A DNA stretch of 34,917 bases, from assembly GCF_001194135.2 (NCBI RefSeq), contig NC_068982.1, positions 104,259,799 to 104,294,715 of the forward strand, written 5' to 3'. The notes beneath the pieces are model-generated. The model saw only the letters and a list, made by a program, of their open reading frames with translations. It was not told the origin of the DNA and searched no databases. Origin of the DNA: Octopus bimaculoides (taxonomy: Eukaryota). The position numbers and the translations under genes are program-made. Numbering within the stretch: position 1 is the first letter of the stretch; the number at the start of each line of letters is the position of its first letter. Positions 12,189 to 23,563 of the stretch are shown one piece after another.

Positions 12189-13054
12189 ATTTTTGTGACC
12201 AGGGAGGCAAAAGAAGAAAGAACGTTATGAAACTGTTGAGACAAATTCACTGAGAGGAAAACAAAAAAGCATTGTATTGGTGTCCTAAAACTAGAATGTA
12301 AACAGAAATATAAAAAATTATGTATAAATGGGAAAGAGAAAAAATAAGGATAGCCATTCATGGTGAATCAGGGAGCTGAAAACTCTCTCTGTCATCACAT
12401 AGTCTCATACCCTCATATTGATTTTTGCCATTTTCATACACCTTATATAAAGTTACCAAAAACAGAATTTCCTTTTTCACCTTTACCCCTCCATTTAAGT
12501 GATAACTTTCAGAAGATGATCAAAGTACCATTAGTGAGAGAAAACTCAACTTTAACACTTTTAGTCTCACCCAGCCATATCAACTTCATGCAAAAACACT
12601 GCCTGATTATCTTTCCCAAACTGAGTTTATTTTCAGAATGGCATTGGTTGACAAATTGTTTTTAATGTATGGTAACAACTAAATTGTATGACCAAATATG
12701 TTTTTCACAAATATATGGAAAATATGTATTTGTTTTCTCTCTCATATTTTGGATACATACAAAGAAGAACTCTGAATTTGTTGCAATTTTTGATAAACAA
12801 AATTTTATTGTTTTCATACACAGAAACCAAATACTGTTGTTACTACAAATAACAAAATGTTGAGAGAGTTCAAATGTTATTGTTCTTTGAGTAATTGTAC
12901 TAGTCATCAAAAAGTTAGCTGTTGGTTGTTGGATTGCTGTTGCCAATCATTCGTTGTGGTTGTTGTCAGCATGGGTCAGCAGCTGTCCGCATCTGATCAC
13001 TGTCTATCCACCATCTCAGCTCTGCTGTCTCTCAATTCTCTCTCAAAGCTCTCT

Positions 13055-13165
13055 GTTTAGTAGTCAAGATGTGCTGAATTTATACTGATGGTCAGGCCCA
13101 GAAAGAAGCGTGCTAAAAGATGAAATCATTGCCGGAGCCTATTCCACAAAGTTGTGATTGGTCAT
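13055..13165 (-). promoter_or_regulatory. Possible CCAAT + TATA Pol II core promoter (host or LTR-derived)
   Basis: Minus-strand TGACCAATCA (13155-13164) and TATAAATT (13077-13084), about 70 nt apart, in non-SINE sequence. Confidence 0.3.
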
Positions 13166-13345
13166 ATTTTGTTGATCATGTGAGTAATATTCTAGCAAAT
13201 TACAACAGCGGATTACTGCTGAATATTTTCACTACAGATACGACTGGTTGGCCATATTGTTATGCCTAAATAGGCTTTTCTCCACTAGCACTGTTCCTGG
13301 TGATATTACTAGGCCATAGAATTTCAGAAATTCTTCACACAAAAC

Positions 13346-13490
13346 CATGGTTATGTGGTTAAGAAGCTTGCTTTGCAACCATGTGGTTTTAGCTTCAGCC
13401 ACTGCATGGCACCTTAGACGAGTGTCTTCTAGTTTAGCCCTTGGCTGACCAATGCCTTGTGAAGAAGGAAACTGTGTTGAAGCCTGCCAT
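13346..13490 (+). mobile_element. SINE family B 5' part
   Basis: atggttatgtggttaagaagcttgctttgcaacc...ggcaccttagacgagtgtcttct. Confidence 0.8.
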
Positions 13491-14239
13491 AACTGAGTGA
13501 AGCAAGTACCATATTTTCTGGCATGCAAGTTGAATTTTTCAGACCAAAATTTACAGCAAAAAATAGTAGGTCAACTTAACACAAAGATGGCTTTGGAAGA
13601 TCAAATTCCATATGAAATACAACAGAATTTGAGAAATATTGTAACAATGTTTGAATGTTTACAGTACATGTTTACATTATATGCTATTTGACTTGTATGC
13701 CAGAAAATACAGTAAAGGGATATAAAAGAGTATATTTTCAGGTCAAATACAACTCCTCATAAAAAAAAAAAATTCTAAATACAAAAAAATTGTAACCATT
13801 TCACATCATCTAAGTTACCGATGCCCTTGAGAACCTCACTAACATTTCACCTTATTATTGCTCCTCTCTTGTAAATTTGAACCCATGTGCCTATATAATT
13901 AATCAATATCTAAGTGGGTAGGGTGATTTTTTTTCTTGATTATTATCATTTTATTTTATTTTATCCTATGATTAAAACAGAAGCATGAGTAACTGACAGA
14001 TTAAGCACTAAATTATTGATATTTTAGTTGAGAATGAAATATCTGCTAACAGCATTTTCTTTCAAAAAAAACTATTAGCATCATTATGAGATGTTAAAAA
14101 ATAAGTTCAATATCTCATTATTTTATCCCTTCTTGTTGAATTAAAGGGAATACCCTGGTAAAATAGTAATATGCCTAATTCATTTGAGGACACTTTTTAC
14201 TCCTAAAACATGTTTAGCCCCAAGAAATCTATCAACAGT

Positions 14240-14409
14240 AAGAGTTGTTTAACCCTAAATTAGTCTTGATTGAGCTTATCTGTGATCAGAGATATTCTAG
14301 CAAGCTGTATCTAGAACTACAATGACTTAGCACTTAATTATTATATTGAAGAAGATTTAGCTGCTATTTCTTGCAGAACAAATGATCATGGGGAGTTTCC
14401 TTATTGGCT
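14240..14409 (+). mobile_element. Repeat family D
   Basis: Shares gatttagctgctatttcttgcag with 28021-28225 and, in reverse, 22010-22120. Confidence 0.55.
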
Positions 14410-14940
14410 TCATTAACAGTAGTTTTGTGTGTGTGAACAGCACAGGGTATTGGTAAGCTTCTGGTAAATCAAGTCCACTGGTGTAATTTCTCAGTTCAAA
14501 CCATTTAACTTAACTTCAAAATAATATATGCCCTTTGGTAAAGCATGAACATCACATGATTATGGCATGATTCTTGTTATATCTTGCATGTTTTAATAAC
14601 TAGAACATGATTGATCTCAATAACATCTAAAAGTTTAATAAAACAAAAAACATGAAACAATGTTATAGAACAAGTCATAGTTTTCTCTATCATACATATT
14701 TAAATATGTAAAGCATATATGTTACAACAGCAATATTTCATCTCCTGATCAGTGCCAAATCAACAGAATTCCAATATGTAGATGGGTCATAATAATACAG
14801 CAACATACAGCAAAGTTTAGCTACTTGCAGTGATACCAGCTTACTCATTGTATAAACTACAATTACTAAACTCTACTTTAACAATTGACAAATATATAAA
14901 TCAATTTTCTCTCAGCCATCCATTCTGACAAGCTTTTCAA

Positions 14941-15324
14941 ATCATCGTCATCGTTTAAAACCCACATTTCCATGTGTGCGTGGGTCAGACAGAATCTGTT
15001 GAGGCAGATTTTATATGGTCAGATGCTCTTCCTGTTACTAACCTTTACCTATTTGCAAGCAAAGTAATATTTCCCCATGGCCAGACATGCTTTTCCTGAA
15101 AGACTGGAAATGAGTAACATTTTTTGTATGACAGCGATTCTCATATACAATGTTATATGATATTAATACAAGGATAGACACAAACACACACTTATTTAGA
15201 GCAGGCTTCTTCACAAGGCTTTGGCTGGCCTGGAGTTTATTTAAAGACACTTGCCCAAGACACCATGCATTTGGACTGGATCTAAGACTGTATAGTTGGA
15301 AGCAAGCTTTTTAACCATGCAGCC
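14941..15324 (-). mobile_element. Near full-length SINE family C (B-type head, (CA)n, (GAT)n tail)
   Basis: Head ggctgcatggttaaaaagcttgcttcc, CORE-like cttgggcaagtgtctt, tail ending ttaaacgatgacgatgat. Confidence 0.8.
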
Positions 15325-15372
15325 AGACCAACACCTAAATAGAAATAAATGTATATAAAAAAACACCACATA

Positions 15373-15630
15373 CATCATCATCATCATCATCCTTTAACAT
15401 CTGTTGTCCATGCTGGTATGGGTTGGACGGTTTGACCAGAGCTGGCAGGCTGGAGAGCTGCACCAGAATCAAGTGTGATTTGGCATGGTTTCTATGGCTG
15501 GATACCCTTCCTAATGCCAACCACTTTACAGTATGTACTGGGTGCTTTTATATGGCACTGCATGGGCACTTTTATGTAGCACCTCACTAGCCCTTTTATG
15601 TGGCACCACACAGGTGCTTTTACACAGCAC
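15373..15630 (-). mobile_element. Repeat family E ((GAT)n-tailed SINE-like)
   Basis: (CAT)n then ccatgctggtatgggttggacgg...ccttcctaatgccaaccac; homologous to 20365, 23065 and 34600. Confidence 0.85.
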
Positions 15631-15640
15631 TGCCCAATGT

Positions 15641-15860
15641 AAGGCAGCAAGCTGGCAGAATCATTAGCACATCAGGCAAAATGCTTAGCAGTATTTCATC
15701 CATCTTTATGTTCTGAGTTAAAATTCTGCTGGGATCAACTTTACCTTTCATCATTTGGGTGTCAATAAATTAAGTACCAGTTGAGCACTGGTATCAATGT
15801 AATTAAATTATTCCCGCCCCCAAAATTGCTGGTCTTGTGCTAAAATTTGAAATCAATATT
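15641..15860 (+). mobile_element. SINE family A
   Basis: aaggcagcaagctggcagaatcattagc...ggtcttgtgctaaaatttgaaatcaatatt. Confidence 0.88.
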
Positions 15861-16144
15861 TATACCAAATGTAAATATTCTTTTTAACTATTAAAATAAT
15901 GCATGGACTTTGTCAAGTTGTAATTAGCTCTAGTTCTCCCCTTCTATGGATTAATTTTCAAATTAAATTCAGCTCAATTTAAATATTTATATTACAGCTG
16001 GTTGTCCTATTATCCAGAATCATTTTATTAAATTAATAAGTTTTTTTTTTTTTACTGAATTGCATAATTTAATAGGTTGTACAAAAAAGACAAAAATGAA
16101 ACAAATATTGTGTGAGAAGTGTCAGGCAAACCTAATAGTTTCTA

Positions 16145-16345
16145 ACATAGGCTCAAAGCCTGAAATTTGGTGGAAGGATTGGGGCTAGTCAACAGCATCA
16201 GCCCTGCTACTGGTCTGGTAGTTTATTTTCTTGAATGCAAAAGAATGAAAGCCAAAGTTGTCTTTGGCAGTATTTAAACTGAGGATGTAAAAAGTTGGAA
16301 TAAATACTGCAAGGTATTTCTTTTGGTTTGTAATAATGCCACCAA
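16145..16345 (-). mobile_element. Old family A-like SINE
   Basis: ctggtagtttattttc...aagaatgaaagccaaagttgtctttggcagtatttaaactgagg. Confidence 0.6.
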
Positions 16346-16369
16346 AAATAAAGGTATAAAAACTTCCAA

Positions 16370-16704
16370 GATGTGGCTATGTGGTAAGAGGTCTGCTTTC
16401 CAACCACATGGTTCCAGGTTCAGTCCCACTGTGTGGCACCTTGGACAATTGTCTTTGATCGGCCTGCCTCAGGCCGAACAAAGCCTTGTGAGTGGAGTTA
16501 GTAGAGAGAAACTGAAAGAAGCCCATTGTGTATATATATATATATATTGTGTGTGTGTGTGTATGTGTGTGTGTGTGTGTGTGTGTATTTGGGTGTGTGT
16601 TTGTCTCCCACTACTGTTTGACAATTGGTGTTGGTGTGTTTATGTCCCTGTGGGTCAGCAAAAGACATTAATAGAATAAGTACCAGACTTCAAAAAAAAA
16701 AAAA
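16370..16704 (+). mobile_element. SINE family B, truncated by the assembly gap
   Basis: Head gtggctatgtggtaagagg...ggttcagtccc, ggcaccttggacaa, (TA)(TG)n, then the 3' module up to the gap. Confidence 0.88.
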
Positions 16705-17174
16705 NNNNNNNNNNNNNNNNNNNNNNNNNNNNNNNNNNNNNNNNNNNNNNNNNNNNNNNNNNNNNNNNNNNNNNNNNNNNNNNNNNNNNNNNNNNNNNNN
16801 NNNNNNNNNNNNNNNNNNNNNNNNNNNNNNNNNNNNNNNNNNNNNNNNNNNNNNNNNNNNNNNNNNNNNNNNNNNNNNNNNNNNNNNNNNNNNNNNNNNN
16901 NNNNNNNNNNNNNNNNNNNNNNNNNNNNNNNNNNNNNNNNNNNNNNNNNNNNNNNNNNNNNNNNNNNNNNNNNNNNNNNNNNNNNNNNNNNNNNNNNNNN
17001 NNNNNNNNNNNNNNNNNNNNNNNNNNNNNNNNNNNNNNNNNNNNNNNNNNNNNNNNNNNNNNNNNNNNNNNNNNNNNNNNNNNNNNNNNNNNNNNNNNNN
17101 NNNNNNNNNNNNNNNNNNNNNNNNNNNNNNNNNNNNNNNNNNNNNNNNNNNNNNNNNNNNNNNNNNNNNNNNNN
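16705..17174. other. Assembly gap, 470 N
   Basis: Read directly. Confidence 0.99.
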
Positions 17175-17408
17175 ATATATGTATGTGTATATATGTTTGT
17201 GTGTCTGTGTTTGTACCCCCAACATCGCTTGACAACCGATGCTGGTGTGTTTACGTCCCTGTAACTTAGCAGTTTGGCAAAAAGAGACCGATAGAATAAG
17301 TACTAGGCTTACAAAGAATAAGTCCTGGGGTCAATTTGCTCGAATAAAGGTGGTGCTCCAGCATGGCCATAGTCAAATGACTGAAACAATTAAAGAGTAA
17401 AAGAGTAA
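17175..17408 (+). mobile_element. SINE family B 3' half
   Basis: gtttgtacccccaacatcgcttgacaaccgatgctgg...gcatggccatagtcaaatgactgaaac; CpGs retained, so relatively young. Confidence 0.88.
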
Positions 17409-17540
17409 GTGGCAAAATATGTCTTTATCATTTAGCATTCAGATTACTCTGTCCAATGTAATATTTATTTATTTACATTGTTTTCAATTAATCATGCATT
17501 AATTATCGCCTAGCTTCGAAATTCAGTGATATTTTTTGTA

Positions 17541-17930
17541 TTTCTTACTAGTTTCAGTCATTAAACTGCAGCCATGCTGGGGCACTGCCTTGAAGAATTT
17601 TTAGTTAAATGAGTCAACCCTAGTACTTAGTTTTTTTAAGCCTGGTACTTATTTTATTGGTCTCTTTTGCTGAACTGCTAGGTTACAGGGAGGCAAACAC
17701 ATCAACATGAGTTATGAAGCAGTAGTGGAGAACAAACATGAACACAAAGACACACATAGATATATACATTCGTGACAGGCTTCTTACAGTTTCTGTCTAC
17801 AAAGTCCACCCACAAAGCTTTAGTTGGCCTGAGGCAATAGTAGAAGACACTTACCCGAAGTGCCACACACTTGGACTGAACCCAGAACCATATGGTTGGG
17901 AAGCAAGCTACTTACCACACAGCCATGCCA
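17541..17930 (-). mobile_element. Full-length SINE family B
   Basis: Reverse complement of the whole B structure, from head (ggcatggctgtgtggtaag) to tail (gactgaaactagtaag). Confidence 0.88.
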
Positions 17931-18398
17931 TTTGTGAGAAGCCAGATCTGACTGGTTTAAATTTAAAACAGGCAGAATATTTAGGCTGGATAAAGCCAGT
18001 TTAAATTTTAAAGGCATTTAAATTATGCTAAAGTAATTAAGTAACAATCCTATTCAGAAAATTAGCATAATAATTAAAATAACAAAACTATATTACTTGC
18101 AGAATAGGTGCAAATTTCTCCCGCTTATTAAAATGCTTTAATGTATATACTATCTCAATAAGTGTTAAGATTAAGTCATATCAATGAATTTTCAATTTTG
18201 TATGCTTATTGCTAATAGTAAAAACTTCATCAGTCCAAAAACAATGAGTTTTATGCCTCACACAAATGGTTCATAAAGAAATGAGAATGAAGATTGTCAC
18301 ATGTTAGTTGATATATCAATTTGTGTTTGTGAACAATACATTATACTTCACTAAGAAAAGTAGTCAGAGAAGAAAGGTAGGCTTGATTGTGTAACATA

Positions 18399-18778
18399 GA
18401 TGCAGGTGTGGCTGTGTGGTAAGAAGCTTGCTTCCCAACCACATAGTTCTGGGTTCATTCCCACTGCATGGCACCTTGGGCAAGTGTCTTTTTCTGTAGC
18501 CTTAGATCAACCAAAGCCTTCTGAGTGGATTTGGTAGATGGAAACTAAAAGGAAGCCCATTGTGTGTGTGTGTGTGTGTGTGTGTTTGTCCCCCACCACC
18601 ACTTGACAATCAGCATTGGAGTGTAACCTAGCAGTTCAGCAAAAGAGACCAATAGAATAAGTACTAGGCTTCAAAAAATAAAAAAAGTCCTAGAGCCAAT
18701 ATGTTTGACTTAAACCCTTCAAGACAGTGCCCCAGCATGGCCACAGTCAAGTGACTGAAACAAGTAAAGGATAAAAGA
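18399..18778 (+). mobile_element. Full-length SINE family B
   Basis: A-box tggctgtgtggt, B-box gggttcattccc, ggcaccttgggcaagtgtctt, (TG)n, 3' module ending gactgaaacaagtaaaggataaaaga. Confidence 0.9.
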
Positions 18779-18947
18779 TTTTTTGCATATATGCTTAATC
18801 ATTTAGGATCTGCTTTGTTTCTAATAGGAAGTAGTTTCATTTTCCTTAGCAGTGCTTGTAAGTGAGATTTTTAGAATGAGGAAGGTAATTAGTAAAACAT
18901 TTTTTGCATGCTTTCAACTAAGTGTCTATGTTACAAAGTCTCTAATA

Positions 18948-19190
18948 TTAGATACAGAGACCAGGAAACAGATTCAAAACAAGTTTAAAAGGTACAATAC
19001 ATACATTTATAGATGCAATTAAGAATTTAATATCTCTGTTTATGAAAGCTTTAAAGATAAGACACATATGATTAAATGCTTTATTAGCAATGTTACAAGG
19101 ATTCTTTGTAAATTTAAGATTACTATCAACAATAACTCTAAAGTCCCTTATATCCTTCTCAAGAGCAATGATATTATCTAAGAAAAAAAC
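18948..19190 (-). mobile_element. Degraded CR1/L2-like LINE ORF2 fragment (post-RT region)
   Basis: LEKDIRDFRVIVDSNLKFTKNPCNIANKAFNHMCLIFKAFINRDIKFL resembles the CR1-group motif RDLGVIVDS.LKF..H...I..KA...LI.R.F..RD. Confidence 0.7.
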
Positions 19191-19270
19191 AAATAAGATT
19201 CTAGACAAAAATCAATAGCAACAAGTTGTAAGTTCTGAAAGTTAAAGCATTGAGGTTATATTAATGAAGA

Positions 19271-19462
19271 GCAGTGGTATTTCGTCTATCTTTATGTTCT
19301 GAGTTCAAATTCTGCTGAGGTCGACTTTGTCTTTCATCCTTTCGGGGTCGATTAAATAAGTACCAGTTATGCACTGGGGTCGATATAATTGACTTAATCC
19401 GTTGTCTGTCCTTGTTTGTCCCCTCTGTGTGTAGCCCCTTGTGGGCAGTAAAGAAATAAGAA
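19271..19462 (+). mobile_element. Family A variant with a different 3' end
   Basis: A body followed by gtctgtccttgtttgtcccctctgtgtgtagccccttgtgggcagtaaagaaata. Confidence 0.8.
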
Positions 19463-19898
19463 AGAGTGCAGTTGTTCACTCCAGTTAAAAGTTACGCTGC
19501 AACTCTTTATATCCCATAATTCATCAGTTCAATAAACAGAAATCAATAAAATAGGTGCCAGACTGAAAAAAGCTATAATAATGTCAATCTTCAAGGTAGT
19601 AGTGCTCTAGCATGGCCATAGTTCAATGAGTAAACCTAACATAAGAATAAAGGAATAGGATTTGCTGGCAAGTGCAGTACTGTTGCAATGATAAACTTGC
19701 TGAATAAAATCCAAAATGAAGTCATGAAATTTCTGTCAAGATTGTTTTATTTATACTGATAATACCACTGAAAAAGATACATTAAGTCACAAAACTTGCC
19801 ATTGTTCATTTTTATAAAATTGGGGTTTGTTCTCTTATTAATTGATAGTAAGAAGGATAGAAGATAAATGTAGGCTAAGATCATTGGCATTTATAAAC

Positions 19899-20060
19899 AT
19901 GGTGCAGGAATGCCTGTGTGGTTTAGAAGCTTGCTTTGCAACCATGAGGTTTCAAATTCAGTCCTACTGTATGGCACCTTGGATAAGTGTATTCTACTAT
20001 ATCCTAGGGTCAACCAATGCCTTCTGTGTGAATTTGGCAAATGGAAACCATGTCGAAGTC

Positions 20061-20105
<45 letters not shown>
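19899..20105 (+). mobile_element. Family B 5' half ending in (TA)n
   Basis: ggtgcaggaatgcctgtgtggtttagaagc...ggcaccttggataagtgt, then (TA)n at about 20066-20105. Confidence 0.8.
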
Positions 20106-20106
<1 letters not shown>

Positions 20107-20250
20107 CTTTTTACTTGTTTCAGTCATTAGACTGAAGCCATCCTGGGGCCTCACCTTGTAAAATTTTAGTCGCATTTATCAACCCCAATACTTATTATTT
20201 TTTTGTAAAATCTGGTACCTATTCTATCAGTTATTTTTGCTGAACCGCTA
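20107..20250 (-). mobile_element. Family B 3' module in opposite orientation
   Basis: ttacttgtttcagtcattagactg...ggtacctattctatcagttatttttgctgaaccgcta. Confidence 0.8.
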
Positions 20251-20364
20251 TCTATGTTAATGTTTGTTTTTATGTTCAGTTATAATAAAAATAATTTTAC
20301 TTTAATCAGATGGTTTAACTGGCCAAAACTTCAAAGTCACTGTCAACAACATTCTAATATAAGA

Positions 20365-20655
20365 ATCATCATCATCATCATCATCATCGTCGTCGTTTAA
20401 CGTCCGCTTTCCATGCTAGCATGGGTTGGACGATTTGACTGAGGACTGGTGAAGCCAGATGGCTACGCCAGGCTCCAATCTGATTTGGCAGAGTTTCTAC
20501 AGCTGGATGCCCTTCCTAATGCCAACCACTCCGAGAGTGTAGTGGGTGCTTTTACGTGCCACTGGCACGAAGGCCAGTCAGGCGGTACTGGCAACGGCCA
20601 TGCTCAAAATGGTGTATTTTATGTGCCACCTGCATAGGAGCCAGTTCGGCGGCAC
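20365..20655 (-). mobile_element. Family E, young copy
   Basis: (CAT)n(CGT)n-ttaacgtccgctttccatgctagc; many CpGs; highly similar to 34600-34917. Confidence 0.92.
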
Positions 20656-20658
20656 ATG

Positions 20659-20869
20659 CGTGTGTGTGTGTCTTATGTTTGTCCGCAACCACCACTTGAC
20701 AGCTATTGTTTGTTTGTTTTACATCCCCCCCATAACTTAGCAGTTCAACAAGAGACTTGTAGTATAAGTACTGGACTTTAAAAAAAATACTGTGTTGATT
20801 TGTTCAACTAAACCTTCCGAGACTGCTCCAGTTTAGCCACAGTCCAATGACTGAAACAAGGAAAAGATA
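20659..20869 (+). mobile_element. Family B 3' half, diverged
   Basis: (TG)n...accacttgacag...aacttagcagttc...gccacagtccaatgactgaaacaag. Confidence 0.75.
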
Positions 20870-22009
20870 CCGGAGTTATTTGAACCACGCTTATAAAAGC
20901 TAATGATCTCTTTTCTTTATATATGCATTTATCTTATATTACTAAATAGTAATATACTCTTTATATCCATTTGTGCATTATTCTTAGCTTGGAGAAATAG
21001 AAATGGAAAGAACTTTTGAAGGAAGGAAAAAAAAAATGTATTTGGAAGAAATGTAAAAGGATGAATGAAAACAGGCTATAAACAGTTTATCTGATAGCTT
21101 CCTCTGCTATTAGTATGTTGATAGCATGTATAACGCAACAGTATAGAATGTACTTAAATGCATGTCACCCTTTTTATGCGTTCATATGCATGTGTGTGTA
21201 TAAATGCATGCACAATGCACACACACACACATTATACATAGCAATAGAATGTACATATTGCTTACTCAGAAAGGGAATGTATAAGATTTCTTGGAGTACT
21301 GGGGGGTTGTTTACTCATATGATGAGTATTAGTGTATATAGTTTTCCTCTTTTTTTATTATTTCCTTTTTTTTTTTTTTAAATCTTTAAAAAAATATATT
21401 GAATATTACTTCCGCTTTTGCATATTCTGGTATGTTTTTATATATTTATAATTTTTATAATTGTTTTCAGTTTGTTTTGATACCTCGTTTCTTTTCATAT
21501 TGAAGATATTTTTTTTTTGTTTTTGTTTATTATTTTAGACTTTTGAAGCTAATTCTTTGAGCAAGTAATTGAAATGAATTATATTAAAAATGAATAAAAT
21601 GATGAAGGCACTTTCAATTCTCTGCAATTCTACTGAGATTTCTGTTCTTTATAGAAATTTCAGTATTTTTTTTTTATTAATTCATTTATTTCTTTGTTCT
21701 CTGGTTTGTTGTCATATAACAAATATTTTGAAACAGATGTTGAAAGGGGTGAGGTGTCTATCTTATTAAGGATCATCTCTTTCATGTTATCTTATGACTG
21801 TCATTTATAAGGATTTTCTTTCATATGTCAAGTGTGGAGAAGAAGTGGGATTTATAACACTACTTTTTAGAGCTTTCTGTTATAATTATGATTTTGACTT
21901 ATACTCCCCATTTGAGCACTACTTGTATAGTTTTGAACTCTCAGAATACACGTGTGAATTATGTAGTTCACTGCTGAGAACCCTAATATCAACTACATTA
22001 GAACCAATG

Positions 22010-22120
22010 AGGACATGTCTACACAGTCTTTCAACATGCTAGAATTAGCAGCCAAATCTCCCTCAAATATCCTCTTACCAACTTTTAAAAAAATGAAAAC
22101 ATTAGGTAATGTAGTCCTAG
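22010..22120 (-). mobile_element. Repeat family D
   Basis: tgctagaattagcagccaaatctccctcaaat is the reverse complement of the D core. Confidence 0.55.
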
Positions 22121-22326
22121 AAATGATAAGCTAATCTTAAGTGTTCCATGTAGCCATTGAATTAGTACTGAACTACTTGTCAGTCTGCAACATAACTTAT
22201 TAGCTTCATGGCCACTAAACCTCGATTGTGGCATCACTATTACCTATTAAGACTAGTGCTATAGGGCAGAAGTAGATTCTTCAAGAGTTGTGCACACAAC
22301 TGCATTTTGATTCCTGGTCCAAGCTA

Positions 22327-22706
22327 TTTATTACCTCTGCCTTAGCGGAGGTGGAGGTATTGTTTTCAGTTGTGTTTGTTGGTTTGTTTGTTTGTCCATG
22401 GACAAGATATCTCAAGAACCACTGGATGGATTCAGATGACACTTTCAGGGATGTTTGGCCTTGTGACTGATACAAACTGATTAGATTTTGGGATCAATCC
22501 AATACCAGACAAGGATTCTGGATTATTTTTCTGGCTCTTTTTACTTAATTTTTGAGACCAGTCAGGTTAATTTTTAGTATTCTCATTTGTGAGAGCAGTT
22601 GAGTTTATTTCAGATATTCTCATTTTAAAAATCATCTCTGGCTAATCATTAAGAGGACGTTGGTGTTGCCTTGGTGAAGGTTTGCACTCTCTGAGTGCTC
22701 TTGTTT
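22327..22706 (+). mobile_element. Non-autonomous Helentron-type element (HINE / DINE-1-like)
   Basis: 5' subterminal palindrome acctctgc-ctta-gcggaggt (22333-22352), (GTTT)n block, degenerate 3' sub-TIR gccttggtgaaggt (22668-22681), 3' hairpin gcactc-tct-gagtgc (22684-22698), T-rich ends. Confidence 0.75.
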
Positions 22707-22712
22707 CATAAT

Positions 22713-22925
22713 GGGTTCAAATTTTGGCTCAAGGCCAGAAATTTTTGGAAAGTGGGTAAGTCAATTATATTGTTCCCAGTACCCAACTGGTAGTTATTTT
22801 ATCAACCCCAATGGGATGAAAGGCAAAATTGATGAAAGATAGAATTTTTACTCAGAATGTCAAGATGGCTGAAAAGTCACTTAGTATTTTGCCTGGTGTG
22901 CTAATGATTCTTCTAGTTCGCCACC
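22713..22925 (-). mobile_element. SINE family A
   Basis: Reverse complement: ggatgaaaggcaaaattga...gctaatgattcttctagttcgccacc. Confidence 0.8.
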
Positions 22926-23064
22926 CTAGCTATCTATTTCATATTACTGATGCTTATGCAGAACATATGAATGTTAAAATCTGTTTCCGTCTAGAAAAGA
23001 TCTCCTTCAATGCTCAAGCCCATATAAAGTTAATAATAAGTTCAGATCAAATATAAAATGTAGG

Positions 23065-23330
23065 CTACCAGGTCCACCTGACTGGCTCCCGTGCCAGTGG
23101 CACATAAAAGGCACCAGCTGATGCCAGTACCCCCAGACTGGCTCCTGTGCCGGTGGCACGTAAAAAGTACCCACTACACTCTCGGAATGGTTGGTGTTAG
23201 GGAGAGAATCCAACTGTAGAAACATTGCCAAATCAGATTGGAGCCTTGTGCAGCCACTGGCTCTCCAGACCTCAGTCAAACTGTCCATCCCATGCCAGCA
23301 TGGAAAACGGACCTGAAACGATGATGATGA
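23065..23330 (+). mobile_element. Family E
   Basis: Two internal gactggctccYgtgccRgtggcacRtaaaa units; ends aaacgatgatgatga. Confidence 0.88.
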
Positions 23331-23563
23331 CTCACTAAGTATTTTAGTAATTAGTACTGAATACATATAATTTGTGTATGATATATACATGTAATGTACA
23401 TGATGACCTTATATAAAAGAAACACTGTTATTTTAAAACAAAGAATTTTTTTCCCAAAAAGTTCCCTCTCTGCCTCTAACAGAAGTGAACATCCTCAAAA
23501 TTGTAGGTTCATGCCAATTGTTTCACCTGCTCTCTTCCTGTGTTCTGTCCTGTCTATACTACA

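Noticed and set aside
16625-17269. Longest ORFs in the track (181-214 aa)
   Set aside because: They run through the N gap.
18399-18475. tRNA-like A and B boxes in family A/B heads
   Set aside because: These are SINE heads; no complete cloverleaf, and they continue into repeat bodies.
20449-20637. MKPDG..RLQSDLAEFLQLDALPNANHSESVVGAF ORF, repeated at 34586-34843 and 23007-23390
   Set aside because: The similarity comes from copies of repeat family E, not from a gene family.
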